64,000 bases of DNA from a virus: UHGV virus genome UHGV-1430915; one strand, 5' to 3'. How positions within the stretch are numbered: the stretch's first letter is position 1; every line of letters begins with the position of its first letter. Shown piece by piece: positions 1 to 7,746 of the stretch. The notes beneath the pieces are model-generated. The model was not told where the DNA came from. It searched no databases and saw nothing but the letters and a program-made list of their open reading frames with translations. Position numbers and translations under genes: made by a program.

Positions 1-195
1 AATCCAAAAAACGCAGTATTGAGTGTTCCCGCTGGCGGCGGCATAATACCGGATCTCAGCTACTTCGTGCAAATTATTGTCATCGTCCAGGCCCACCAGA
101 TTATAAGCCTTGTAAAATCCACGATCACGGCGGCAGTTCTTGACATCAGAAAAAGAAAAGTCCGCATTATCAAAATTAAAGGTAGTAGTTTTCAT
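1..195 (-). CDS. hypothetical protein (N-terminal part; gene runs past window start)
   Basis: Minus-strand frame open from ATG at 195-193 (MKTTTFNFDNADFSFSDVKNCRRDRGFYKAYNL...) to position 1 with no stop; SD-like GAGGATAAAATC directly upstream. Missing from the ORF track because it has no stop in the window. Confidence 0.35.
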   Translation of the reverse strand, partial: MKTTTFNFDNADFSFSDVKNCRRDRGFYKAYNLVGLDDDNNLHEVAEIRYYAAASGNTQYCVFWI

Positions 196-259
196 GATTT
201 TATCCTCTTAGTGTCTTTTGTGCTTTTAGTGTATTTGGTGTCGGACTATATGTCAATAC

Positions 260-457
260 TTATTTTTTATTAAACCAGTGGTTGATCTGGCCTTTTGTCA
301 GGGCGCAACGATTAAGCTGTTGCCGGGTATAGCTCTGACCGCGACGGAATTTATAAAGGCCTTGCCCGTTGTTGATGGTTACGTCCACCTGGCAAACCAT
401 TTGATCGGTGACGGCCTGGTGAGTGTTGCGACGTACTTTAATTCCGTAGGCGTTCAT
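260..457 (-). CDS. hypothetical small protein (65 aa)
   Basis: ORF track; ATG at 457 preceded by the same GAGGATAAAAATC SD context as the gene at 195. Confidence 0.4.
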   Translation of the reverse strand: MNAYGIKVRRNTHQAVTDQMVCQVDVTINNGQGLYKFRRGQSYTRQQLNRCALTKGQINHWFNKK

Positions 458-717
458 GATTTTTATCCTCTCTGTTAATTAGTGTGGTGTTGTTCACCTT
501 GCGAGGGTAAGAATAACAGAACTATCCGAGCTGTCAACCATTAGTTAGAATTATTTTTTGGGCAGAATTCTCCAGCAGCCGCCACTGCCAGGTTAACCAT
601 CATTTTTGTACCTCCTCTTCAGTTGTTGCCTACCCTATAGCATAGCCCTGCCAGGCTGGCCCCGCCAGGTTGCAACGGTTAGCGCATCAGGTTAGAATTT
701 TTTTTTTTTGAAAAGTG

Positions 718-746
718 TTGACAGCGGCCCCGCCAGGTGGCACAAT
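718..746 (+). promoter_or_regulatory. sigma70-like promoter, rightward (TTGACA-17-CACAAT) with upstream T12 UP-element-like tract
   Basis: TTGACA at 718-723, 17-nt GC-rich spacer, CACAAT at 741-746; T-run 698-709 lies where an UP element would sit. Confidence 0.45.
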
Positions 747-781
747 ATACCTATCGAAAGGACGGCAGGCACCGGTGACGG

Positions 782-840
782 GGGAGACAATCACCGGGGA
801 TGGGCGCTGCATAAAATGAGAACGGTTATCATTATCATTT
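782..840 (+). repeat. conserved leader unit copy 1 (GGGAGACAATCACCGGGG ... GAGAACGGTTATCATT)
   Basis: 18-mer GGGAGACAATCACCGGGG at 782-799 is identical to 916-933; a TTATCATT-containing tail follows in both copies. Confidence 0.6.
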
Positions 841-861
841 AAAAATTTATGCAAAAAATCC

Positions 862-892
862 TTGCTTTCTTTGTCCTGTGTGATACTATAAT
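862..892 (+). promoter_or_regulatory. sigma70-like promoter, rightward (TTGCTT-16-TACTATAAT)
   Basis: TTGCTT at 862-867; TACTAT at 884-889 overlapping a perfect TATAAT at 887-892; A-rich upstream. Confidence 0.45.
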
Positions 893-915
893 AACAAGCC
901 GGGGCAACAGGGGCC

Positions 916-972
916 GGGAGACAATCACCGGGGGTGCCCGTTATTCTGCAAACGAGAATGATTATCATTCAA
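916..972 (+). repeat. conserved leader unit copy 2
   Basis: Second copy of GGGAGACAATCACCGGGG (916-933) followed by GAGAATGATTATCATT; sits just downstream of the 862-892 promoter, as copy 1 sits downstream of the 718-746 promoter. Confidence 0.6.
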
Positions 973-1010
973 AATTCTAAATGAGAACTTTTCGCATTTC
1001 ATAAATTTAG

Positions 1011-1022
1011 TTAGCATGCTAA
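1011..1022. promoter_or_regulatory. perfect 12-bp palindrome TTAGCATGCTAA (candidate operator)
   Basis: Exact dyad symmetry read directly in the AT-rich non-coding region. Confidence 0.3.
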
Positions 1023-1090
1023 TTACCTACCGTGACAATTCTATATAAAATAATACCTCCTTAAATATTTCCATATACGAATTTTAAAAA

Positions 1091-1267
1091 TCCATTTCCG
1101 AAAACGAAAAATCGATTTCGTCCCCAAAAATTTCAGGTCGAGCTCCGGAACGATTTCCAGAAAATCTGATTCAGAAAACGAAAAACAGATCGAGTACTAA
1201 GAAATTTATCGAGAAAAATTTTCAGAAAATTCAATCTTTGAAACGAAAAACAGATCGAGTACTGAGA
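1091..1267. repeat. three tandem ~65-bp direct repeats (iteron-like)
   Basis: Core GAAAACGAAAAACAGATCGAGTACT at 1174-1198 and GAAACGAAAAACAGATCGAGTACT at 1240-1263 are near-identical, with similar upstream CAGAAAAT segments; a degenerate copy GAAAACGAAAAATCGATTTCGTCC lies at 1100-1123. Confidence 0.6.
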
Positions 1268-1421
1268 GAGATGTATCAAAACCTACTGAGAATAATGGGC
1301 TTATTGTTATAAAAGGTCAAAGGTAAGCTGGGAAAGTTCTGGTAGAAGGGTGAGGGTATGTGCGGAAAATCTGGAATAGTAACTTAAAGTACGGTGCGAA
1401 CGATAGAATGAGCAGCACATC

Positions 1422-1529
1422 TTATCGCGCCTGTCTTGAAAAATCCATTTTAGTTTTCGATCCATTTTCTGATTTTCTAAGAATTTTAAAATATCCGACT
1501 AGGTAAAATATCAAAAGGAGGAAATCCAT
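1422..1529 (-). CDS. candidate micro-ORF, 35-aa hydrophobic peptide (MDFLLLIFYLVGYFKILRKSENGSKTKMDFSRQAR)
   Basis: ATG at 1529-1527, 8 nt after a perfect SD AAGGAGGA (complement of 1538-1545); hydrophobic N-terminal stretch; below the ORF-track size cutoff. The SD can pair with codons 3-5 (TTCCTCCTT) in a hairpin. Confidence 0.3.
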   Translation of the reverse strand: MDFLLLIFYLVGYFKILRKSENGSKTKMDFSRQAR

Positions 1530-1549
1530 TTTAGAAATCCTCCTTATAC
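1513..1549 (-). terminator. hairpin (8-bp stem AAGGAGGA/UCCUCCUU) downstream of the leftward operon ending at 1575; doubles as an SD-sequestering structure
   Basis: Inverted repeat read on the minus strand with a U-rich 3' flank. Confidence 0.3.
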
Positions 1550-1574
1550 TTGATGTGCCAGGGATTTTCAAGTA

Positions 1575-1904
1575 TCAATTGTCTTTGTTTTTAGGCTTGT
1601 GCATACGTAGAGGTATGGTCTTTATAACATTCCATCTACCCAACCCTTCCCAGTTCCAATTGTGAGCGTGATACCCGGTTATGCATGCACTGCTGGCGTG
1701 ATCATAAGCATAAGAGAACGCTATGCGAACCAGGTGGGGCCAGTCCCTCCACGGCTGTGGACCGTAAGCCTTTCTCCAACACCGACATAAACTAATTGTC
1801 TCAAGAATAGGTAGAATAACAAATCCATATACCGCCACCAAAATGGTCAGAGCAATGATTGTCAGGAATACATACCCTGCAGTTGAAATAATGATCTCTG
1901 TCAT
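1575..1904 (-). CDS. hypothetical membrane protein (109 aa)
   Basis: ORF track; N-terminal hydrophobic stretch IIISTAGYVFLTIIALTILVAVYGFVILPI; ATGA start/stop overlap with the upstream gene. Confidence 0.5.
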   Translation of the reverse strand: MTEIIISTAGYVFLTIIALTILVAVYGFVILPILETISLCRCWRKAYGPQPWRDWPHLVRIAFSYAYDHASSACITGYHAHNWNWEGLGRWNVIKTIPLRMHKPKNKDN

Positions 1905-2104
1905 TTGTCATCCCCTTTCTTACGGATATAGATGTGAGAGCCTGCTTGTACATAAATTTCCCGACCATCTTCTGCAAAGATGTGGAATATACGGTCGCCT
2001 TCGTATTCAATACGGGATATCTTCATAACGGTCTTCCCACCCGGAATGCGGATCTCATCACCAACAGCAATGTTCCATGCAGATTTAAGCTTAAACATCT
2101 GCAC
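1901..2104 (-). CDS. hypothetical protein (67 aa)
   Basis: ORF track; SD AGGAGGG upstream of ATG at 2104. Confidence 0.5.
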   Translation of the reverse strand: MQMFKLKSAWNIAVGDEIRIPGGKTVMKISRIEYEGDRIFHIFAEDGREIYVQAGSHIYIRKKGDDK

Positions 2105-2336
2105 CCTCCTTTGGGAGCTCTAACTCTGGCATAGCCATATACGCCACAACAGGGTTGTAATCAAAGTAGAAATGACCGTTAATTATCCCAGTTTTGTGGG
2201 CATAGTCACCAGATCCCGCAAGAACAATTTCGCAAACTCCGAAATCCACCTTGCCACTCTCATCTGCCATGGCTACAATATACTTTCCTAGAGGCATGTT
2301 TTTAACGCCGTCTACAAATGTCCACCCTTTGTTCAT
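2091..2336 (-). CDS. hypothetical protein (81 aa)
   Basis: ORF track; tightly packed in the leftward operon. Confidence 0.45.
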   Translation of the reverse strand: MNKGWTFVDGVKNMPLGKYIVAMADESGKVDFGVCEIVLAGSGDYAHKTGIINGHFYFDYNPVVAYMAMPELELPKEGADV

Positions 2337-2356
2337 ACTTTATCTCCTGCACTTTC

Positions 2357-2689
2357 TTAAGGTAACCAGTAAACAATTTCGCCTTTCAGTTCCATGTCGT
2401 TACCGACATAGATTTTCCAGCCATCTATTTTAGCCACTGCAGGAGTGAAGTCCGTAGAACCACTAACCTCTTTCCAAGTCCCGTAGTCAGGTTGCCAGAT
2501 ATAGAATCCACCTTCCTTGTCCCATGCTCCATATACCACATCGAGCAGGTTGCCCATTGCAACAATAGTAGGCCGTGGGAATAATACATCTACAGATGCG
2601 CCACAATTTCGGGTAGATTTTAAATTACAATCCCAAAAGATGTCTGCCAGTGTGGCGGCGATAGCTTTACGTCTTTCTAATGTTACCAT
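2357..2689 (-). CDS. hypothetical protein (110 aa)
   Basis: ORF track. Confidence 0.5.
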   Translation of the reverse strand: MVTLERRKAIAATLADIFWDCNLKSTRNCGASVDVLFPRPTIVAMGNLLDVVYGAWDKEGGFYIWQPDYGTWKEVSGSTDFTPAVAKIDGWKIYVGNDMELKGEIVYWLP

Positions 2690-2699
2690 GGTACGATAC

Positions 2700-2891
2700 T
2701 CACTTGTTGTTAAGAAGTTCTAAAACTTTCTGTTTTACTTTATCAATGTCTGTTGATTCAAAAACTGTGCGATATCCCCAACTTTGCCCATAGGAATGAC
2801 TGCAATCCCCGTAACACCATTGCTCAACTTGATAGTATTCAAGGAATGGGTGCTGTCTGACTATGATACCGTCTCGATTAAAAATTACCAT
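2700..2891 (-). CDS. hypothetical protein (63 aa)
   Basis: ORF track; consensus-like promoter immediately upstream (2923-2950). Confidence 0.45.
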   Translation of the reverse strand: MVIFNRDGIIVRQHPFLEYYQVEQWCYGDCSHSYGQSWGYRTVFESTDIDKVKQKVLELLNNK

Positions 2892-2922
2892 AATTTATCC
2901 CTCTCTGCTAGTCTATGTTTGT

Positions 2923-2950
2923 ATTATATACTGCAGTTTTCAGATGTCAA
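2923..2950 (-). promoter_or_regulatory. sigma70-like promoter, leftward (TTGACA-16-TATAAT)
   Basis: Complement of 2945-2950 is TTGACA and complement of 2923-2928 is TATAAT. Confidence 0.5.
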
Positions 2951-2954
2951 CCTT

Positions 2955-3149
2955 TTACAGGTTACTCCAGTATAATCGGCATTTGCATTTTGGGCAATGA
3001 GGTTCTTTTATGTAATAACCATCAGTCTTTGGAACACTTTTTGGTGCAGTTTTAAGATTGTACCGAGTAAAGCACCGGAAGCAGGTTACCTCTCCTACCT
3101 GTTGATCGTTTATCCACTCACCAGAGTAAAGCTCTTTCTTGTTTCTCAT
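2955..3149 (-). CDS. hypothetical zinc-ribbon protein (64 aa from MRNKKELYSGEW...)
   Basis: CxxC ... CPKCKC cysteine pairs; start moved to ATG at 3149 (SD GGGAGA upstream) so it does not overlap the gene ending at 3152. Confidence 0.45.
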   Translation of the reverse strand: MRNKKELYSGEWINDQQVGEVTCFRCFTRYNLKTAPKSVPKTDGYYIKEPHCPKCKCRLYWSNL

Positions 3150-3151
3150 AA

Positions 3152-3346
3152 TTATCTCCCTAGTCCTCTGCAATCTTCTACCAGAATCTCCAGCCAGAAA
3201 GCACACGGGAACACTTTGAGGATTGAATCTTTACTCGGCTCGGAAGTTCTTTTTCCATAGGGCAGGTAGAAATACCCTCCTGCAGATTCAAACATGGCTC
3301 CTTCTGTTGTATCTATCACAGCTAGAATTAGGATTTTAGTCTCCAT
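3152..3346 (-). CDS. hypothetical protein (64 aa)
   Basis: ORF track. Confidence 0.4.
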   Translation of the reverse strand: METKILILAVIDTTEGAMFESAGGYFYLPYGKRTSEPSKDSILKVFPCAFWLEILVEDCRGLGR

Positions 3347-3400
3347 AGTGCTCCCCTGTATTAATCGTTGTGGTGACTATACCACCTTAAAATATAGCTG

Positions 3401-3871
3401 TCAACACCCTTTGTACTCCACCACGATAATATCTATATCAAAAGTGGCAAGGTTAATAATGTCCTCTACATGTTCCCACTTCAAACCGCCTATGCCGCAC
3501 CCGATCTTAGGGATGTAGAATGGTAAAATCGACCCCTCAAATACTTCATTGACTCGCTCAAATCCTTTCAGTATTGAGAAATATTCAGCATTAGGTCCTG
3601 GATAGAACTGAGTATACAGATTTATTCCGTAGACAATACCTCTCGGAGATAAGTGCTCCCAACGGGAGAACGCGCCCAGTTTACTTAGGCAACCGTGCAT
3701 AGTCATTTTATCAGCTTCCAATGCTTGAGGGAATTCACGAGCAATCTGCTTTGCTACACCCTTCCCCATTGTGTGGAAGCAGTTACAACCGTGGATCAGG
3801 TGACCAGCACCGCTCTTAAAAAGGGAGATTAAATCTCCCTCTACAGTATCAATAATCACGATATTCCAGCT
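3401..3871 (-). CDS. macro-domain protein, Poa1p-like (ADP-ribose-processing)
   Basis: Motif LIHGCNCFHTMGKGVAKQIAREFP matches the Poa1p-type macro signature (IHxCNCxxxxGxGIAxQ...P) and is preceded by an IIDTVEGDLIS strand. Start likely the in-frame GTG near 3871 rather than the track ATG at 3940, which would overlap the upstream gene. Confidence 0.5.
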   Translation of the reverse strand, partial: SWNIVIIDTVEGDLISLFKSGAGHLIHGCNCFHTMGKGVAKQIAREFPQALEADKMTMHGCLSKLGAFSRWEHLSPRGIVYGINLYTQFYPGPNAEYFSILKGFERVNEVFEGSILPFYIPKIGCGIGGLKWEHVEDIINLATFDIDIIVVEYKGC

Positions 3872-4274
3872 CCTCTTCCACAATTTCAAAAAACTCAGTC
3901 CAGCACTGTGGCATATTGGAGTTACCGAAGTGGCTTTCATAGTAAAGGTTTTTACCGCTCGGAAGATAGAAATCTGTTACCTCATAAAATCCACAATCGT
4001 CGCACTCTCCCTCTTCAAACTTGGCCTTAATCTTAATACCAAGGAAGGTGAAAAGTTTATGGATATCTTCGGTCTCGAACTCCCAACTAATGTTGTTTTC
4101 CGCATCGGTGTAAAACTGGATCAGTAGGCCATCATCCATTTTTCCAAAATATTCTGTGAAGTAGCTCCCTTCCCAGAAGTCTTTGTGACAAATAATATCC
4201 ATGCGCTTGCCCATAATAAAGGTGTGGGCGTTTCGTGCATCGTCACGAATCAGTTTTGGCATTTCATAAATCAT
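3849..4274 (-). CDS. hypothetical protein (141 aa)
   Basis: ORF track. Confidence 0.5.
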   Translation of the reverse strand: MIYEMPKLIRDDARNAHTFIMGKRMDIICHKDFWEGSYFTEYFGKMDDGLLIQFYTDAENNISWEFETEDIHKLFTFLGIKIKAKFEEGECDDCGFYEVTDFYLPSGKNLYYESHFGNSNMPQCWTEFFEIVEEELEYRDY

Positions 4275-4339
4275 CGTAGTTCTCCAGGATCAATAGGTGG
4301 TGCTACAGGAAGATCATAAAACATGGCGATCACATTCTC

Positions 4340-4537
4340 TTACGCAGGAATTGCTTCAAACAGGCCGTTATCGATACCATCTTTCAAGTAAAGATTATAC
4401 TCTATGTCGGTATCTGTGTAAAGGGCAGCATCCAGCATTCTATCTGTGAGTCCATCCATTGGGTGGAGAAACCACCACCCACGCCAGTCAAAGTAACAAC
4501 CTGGTGCATCTTCTCTCACACGGATTCGATAAATCAT
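4340..4537 (-). CDS. hypothetical protein (65 aa)
   Basis: ORF track. Confidence 0.4.
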   Translation of the reverse strand: MIYRIRVREDAPGCYFDWRGWWFLHPMDGLTDRMLDAALYTDTDIEYNLYLKDGIDNGLFEAIPA

Positions 4538-4633
4538 GGGCAGTGGCCTCCTGTTAGTTACACATCCCAGTTTTCTTCGTTCATCACATCCTCCAGCTCT
4601 ACAAGGTTATAATTGCACACCTTACAACCTGTG

Positions 4634-5050
4634 TCAACAGAAAACTTCAACAAATTCTTCCACAGTTTTAATGTCGTGGGAAAAAGGTTTACGGCTATAA
4701 CGAGCAATAGCACTGTCAACCACCGCCCGGTACTCCAAATCTTCAGAATATTTCATGAAGCATTGCAATGTCTCTGGACAGATAGCCAGATAGCTCCACC
4801 ACCCCTCTTCAGATTGGTAGTCAAATCCCATACTCTCTAGCCACGAAGCGTATACACCTGCACCTTCCAGCCAGTGAGTATTTTCATCAAGGAACTTGTT
4901 CACAGTCATGTGAGCTTCTAAGCATTTATCCAACTCTTTTCCGTTAACCAGCCACGCACTGACAGTGGCGCATCCAAGGTCCACAGATTGGGTTGATAGA
5001 TTGTATTGGTCATAGTTCTCAGGTTTAACAATGATATCTTCTAATGTCAT
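4634..5050 (-). CDS. hypothetical protein (138 aa)
   Basis: ORF track. Confidence 0.5.
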   Translation of the reverse strand: MTLEDIIVKPENYDQYNLSTQSVDLGCATVSAWLVNGKELDKCLEAHMTVNKFLDENTHWLEGAGVYASWLESMGFDYQSEEGWWSYLAICPETLQCFMKYSEDLEYRAVVDSAIARYSRKPFSHDIKTVEEFVEVFC

Positions 5051-5068
5051 TTTTCAGTCCTCTCTATA

Positions 5069-5097
5069 CAAAAATGCCCCACCCTTTCGGGTAGGGC
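5069..5097 (-). terminator. rho-independent terminator (minus strand), GAAA-loop family
   Basis: On the minus strand GCCCUACCC-GAAA-GGGUGGGGC then a U-tract; the stem has a G.U wobble only on the minus transcript (C.A mismatch on plus). Confidence 0.6.
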
Positions 5098-5112
5098 TAT
5101 GTTAACTAGATG

Positions 5113-6339
5113 TTAAAAAGGTATGTCATCATCAAAGGCGTACTGTGCCGGATTCTGATCCATCGGGTCGTCTTCCGCATCATCTACAGGAGGAGCGTCT
5201 ACAGTGTTTTGCTGTGGGGCGGCTTCCTGTTTGGCAGCTTGAGGCTCTTGATGGTCAGTGGCTCCAGCACCGTTCTTGATCCAATCATACAACGGTTCAG
5301 CAAGATTAGTCAAGACATCTTTTGCCTCTGCAGTAATTGCTACTGCAAAATCATCAACTTTCGTTTTCTTGTCAATACGGCGACAAGCGTTCAATACCGC
5401 ATTACCAACACTGGCACCTACTTCATCTTCAGTTCGGTTAGTGGCTTGAGCGTACTCTTTCTTAAGCTCGATGGTGACCACGTGCAGTGTTTTAGCCACA
5501 TCTAAAGGGCTGTCAATCTTAAACCCGCGATCCAGGATGATCTGCAATGCATTGATACTGTGCCCTGTCTCTACACCGATGGGGTCGTAAGAGGATTTAC
5601 GCTTACCACCAGAACCTTGTGTACCGTTCTCTGCTTTAGGCGGGTAGGCCTTGAAGCCGCTGATAATATTCCCGGTATCTTTGTCAACAATAGCCGCAAC
5701 ACGACCGCCAACCACCAGGTCTTTAAGCTGCTCATCGGAGACAACCATAGCACCTTCGCCAATCTTGTGGTCATTGACAGTAACCACGTTACCAACAATC
5801 TGAGTCACATCACCATAGATGCGTAAAACGTCCTGATTGGCATTCTGCTGAGGTTTCTGCTTCTGGCCTTGTGATTGTGTGCCTTGTTGCTGTTTTTGTT
5901 GCTGTGGAGCTGCTGGAGCCTCTCCTGCCCCCAGCTTAACCATTTTAGCCAATGAGCCTTTGTAATAGGTCTTACCGTTATGCTCATTTGCCTTTAAAGG
6001 GATATTTACGATCCATCCTGGCGTTACTGTTTCCCACTTGTCATCAATTTTAACAGAGACGGAATCTTGATGACCTGGTTTGAGCAATTTATCACCCATG
6101 CTGATCCAAACTTCTTCACCACCTTGGAGTAGGTTATCAGAAGAATCCAGCTCAGAAATCAGTAAAGAGATGGTGTGGCTGGACTCAATTTTCTTACCTT
6201 GCCACACAGTGGTTTTAATACCTGTTGTGGGATCAGCACCTTTGATTGGCTTGATGCTGACACGTTTAATCATACCGTGAGCCAGTAAAACAGTTTCACG
6301 AGGATTCATCGGGTTGGCAAATTGTTGAATAACGCTCAT
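5113..6339 (-). CDS. replication/recombination-associated protein with an E. coli SSB-like C-terminal tip (DDDIPF); candidate ssDNA-binding protein
   Basis: C-terminus ...PAQYAFDDDIPF; Q/P-rich low-complexity linker in the middle; start set to ATG at 6339 (SD AAGGAGA, TAATG overlap with the upstream stop) rather than the track start at 6486. Confidence 0.5.
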   Translation of the reverse strand: MSVIQQFANPMNPRETVLLAHGMIKRVSIKPIKGADPTTGIKTTVWQGKKIESSHTISLLISELDSSDNLLQGGEEVWISMGDKLLKPGHQDSVSVKIDDKWETVTPGWIVNIPLKANEHNGKTYYKGSLAKMVKLGAGEAPAAPQQQKQQQGTQSQGQKQKPQQNANQDVLRIYGDVTQIVGNVVTVNDHKIGEGAMVVSDEQLKDLVVGGRVAAIVDKDTGNIISGFKAYPPKAENGTQGSGGKRKSSYDPIGVETGHSINALQIILDRGFKIDSPLDVAKTLHVVTIELKKEYAQATNRTEDEVGASVGNAVLNACRRIDKKTKVDDFAVAITAEAKDVLTNLAEPLYDWIKNGAGATDHQEPQAAKQEAAPQQNTVDAPPVDDAEDDPMDQNPAQYAFDDDIPF

Positions 6340-6749
6340 TATTTGTCTCCTTGTTCTTCGTTGGTGTTTGCTGTGTGTGCAAACCCTGCTTGAATTAATT
6401 TGTCCTGCACTTGAGCCAACAGGCCCATTGCAAAACTTGTCGTCCCAGAAAGGGCCATTAGCATATCTCGTTGCTGAGCTACCCAACCTAAGGCATAATC
6501 CAAACGACGATATTTTTCTTCTTCGCGCAGAGCCTGGAATAACTGTTCAGCCTCTGGTTGTTGTGTGAGCTCCTGAAGTCTCCCCATGAAAGAAGAAAGT
6601 ACCAGCAGAAGAGACACTTGATCTTTGCTTAACCCTAAGAAAAATTCTTGAGGTTGTTCTTGCTCGTTCATCGCAACCGACGTTTGATCGTTCATTTGTT
6701 CCATTGTGGAATCTCCGATTTTATTTGAACAACATAAAGGAGACACCAT
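6339..6749 (-). CDS. hypothetical protein (136 aa)
   Basis: ORF track; translationally coupled to the downstream gene. Confidence 0.5.
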   Translation of the reverse strand: MVSPLCCSNKIGDSTMEQMNDQTSVAMNEQEQPQEFFLGLSKDQVSLLLVLSSFMGRLQELTQQPEAEQLFQALREEEKYRRLDYALGWVAQQRDMLMALSGTTSFAMGLLAQVQDKLIQAGFAHTANTNEEQGDK

Positions 6750-6786
6750 TTTAGCATCTCCTTCTGTAAATTACAACAGGTATTTG

Positions 6787-7032
6787 TTAGCCAATTACTT
6801 CGAAAGTACCCCAACTCCCGTTCAGCAGGCAGGTGATCGGATCACCATCATCGTCAATTATTTCAAAGTTTTCAACATCCAGAATATGGTCATCGAACAC
6901 AATACTTTCGTCACCACCACCAGAAACAACAGTGTATTCCTTACCTTGAGTCAAGTTTTGACACCCTTTGCCACCAAAACCTACTTCAACACAACGTACT
7001 TTCTGTCCTGCGCGAGCAACTACTTCAGCCAT
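6787..7032 (-). CDS. hypothetical protein (81 aa)
   Basis: ORF track. Confidence 0.45.
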   Translation of the reverse strand: MAEVVARAGQKVRCVEVGFGGKGCQNLTQGKEYTVVSGGGDESIVFDDHILDVENFEIIDDDGDPITCLLNGSWGTFEVIG

Positions 7033-7049
7033 CTTAAGGTCTCCTGATA

Positions 7050-7370
7050 TTAATCGTCAAGTTCAAAATAGATTTTAACAGCTTCATCAAAGATTGGAAT
7101 CCCGATGTTGTTGATAAGCTGCCAAACTACCATATCTTTTCCTGGATCTGGGAGAATGTCAACCTTTCTCCATGCGCTGTATATCCAGTTCGGACCGCCT
7201 TCTGCACTAACTGGTAGATTTTCACCAGCTTCCTGTAGATACTTATACAGCAAAAGATATTCTGGGTACTCTAGAACACTATCTTCTGTAGTATACAGCA
7301 GTTCACGGTATACTTTCAAGAATCCTGTTGGGTTGATGTTTTCAGTCTTCATTTGCTGCTTCTCCTGCAT
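7050..7370 (-). CDS. hypothetical protein (106 aa)
   Basis: ORF track. Confidence 0.5.
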   Translation of the reverse strand: MQEKQQMKTENINPTGFLKVYRELLYTTEDSVLEYPEYLLLYKYLQEAGENLPVSAEGGPNWIYSAWRKVDILPDPGKDMVVWQLINNIGIPIFDEAVKIYFELDD

Positions 7371-7746
7371 TCATCAGATCTGCCATAGCGTCACCAACGA
7401 AGAGGACAACCACGTCGTTGACAGCGTCAGCATCATCTTTATTGATGTTGCTGAATTTGGGGCACACTGCAATGACCATATAGACCCCGTTGCCCAACTG
7501 AACAGTGCGTGTAGTGCACATCAGTGTGGTGCTTGTGCCTTCTTTAAAGGCAAATCCTTGCAGACGTTCTTCCAGAGAGTCACCTGTTGATTTCAACAAG
7601 GCAAGATCTCCCAGTGCGTAGGTAGTGTCCTCATAGGTCAGTCCAGAGGTCAATGTTGTCTTTCCATCAGAGACTATAATAACTCCATCGGCACCGTCAA
7701 GCTCAGAGGCTTCAAAGATATTAATATCCCAAATGTTTTTCATCAC
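7342..7746 (-). CDS. hypothetical protein (134 aa)
   Basis: ORF track. Confidence 0.5.
   Translation of the reverse strand: MMKNIWDINIFEASELDGADGVIIVSDGKTTLTSGLTYEDTTYALGDLALLKSTGDSLEERLQGFAFKEGTSTTLMCTTRTVQLGNGVYMVIAVCPKFSNINKDDADAVNDVVVLFVGDAMADLMNAGEAANED

Noticed and set aside
19-273. Plus-strand 84-aa ORF at the window start
   Set aside because: Low-complexity translation with no SD; the opposite strand carries a better ORF with a strong SD (start at 195)
698-709. T12 run as a plus-strand intrinsic terminator
   Set aside because: No convincing GC hairpin immediately upstream; the tract sits where an UP element of the TTGACA promoter at 718 would be
1091-1267. Possible CRISPR array
   Set aside because: Only three AT-rich direct repeats of unequal conservation, no regular unique spacers and no cas genes; more consistent with iterons or binding sites
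458-1574. tRNA or other structured RNA gene in the long non-coding region
   Set aside because: No cloverleaf-compatible arrangement or GTTCGAATCC-like T-loop found by eye; cannot exclude without a tRNA scanner
5113-6486. ORF-track start of the SSB-tip protein at 6486
   Set aside because: The first 49 codons overlap the upstream gene and are Arg/Ser-rich; ATG at 6339 has a canonical SD and a TAATG junction
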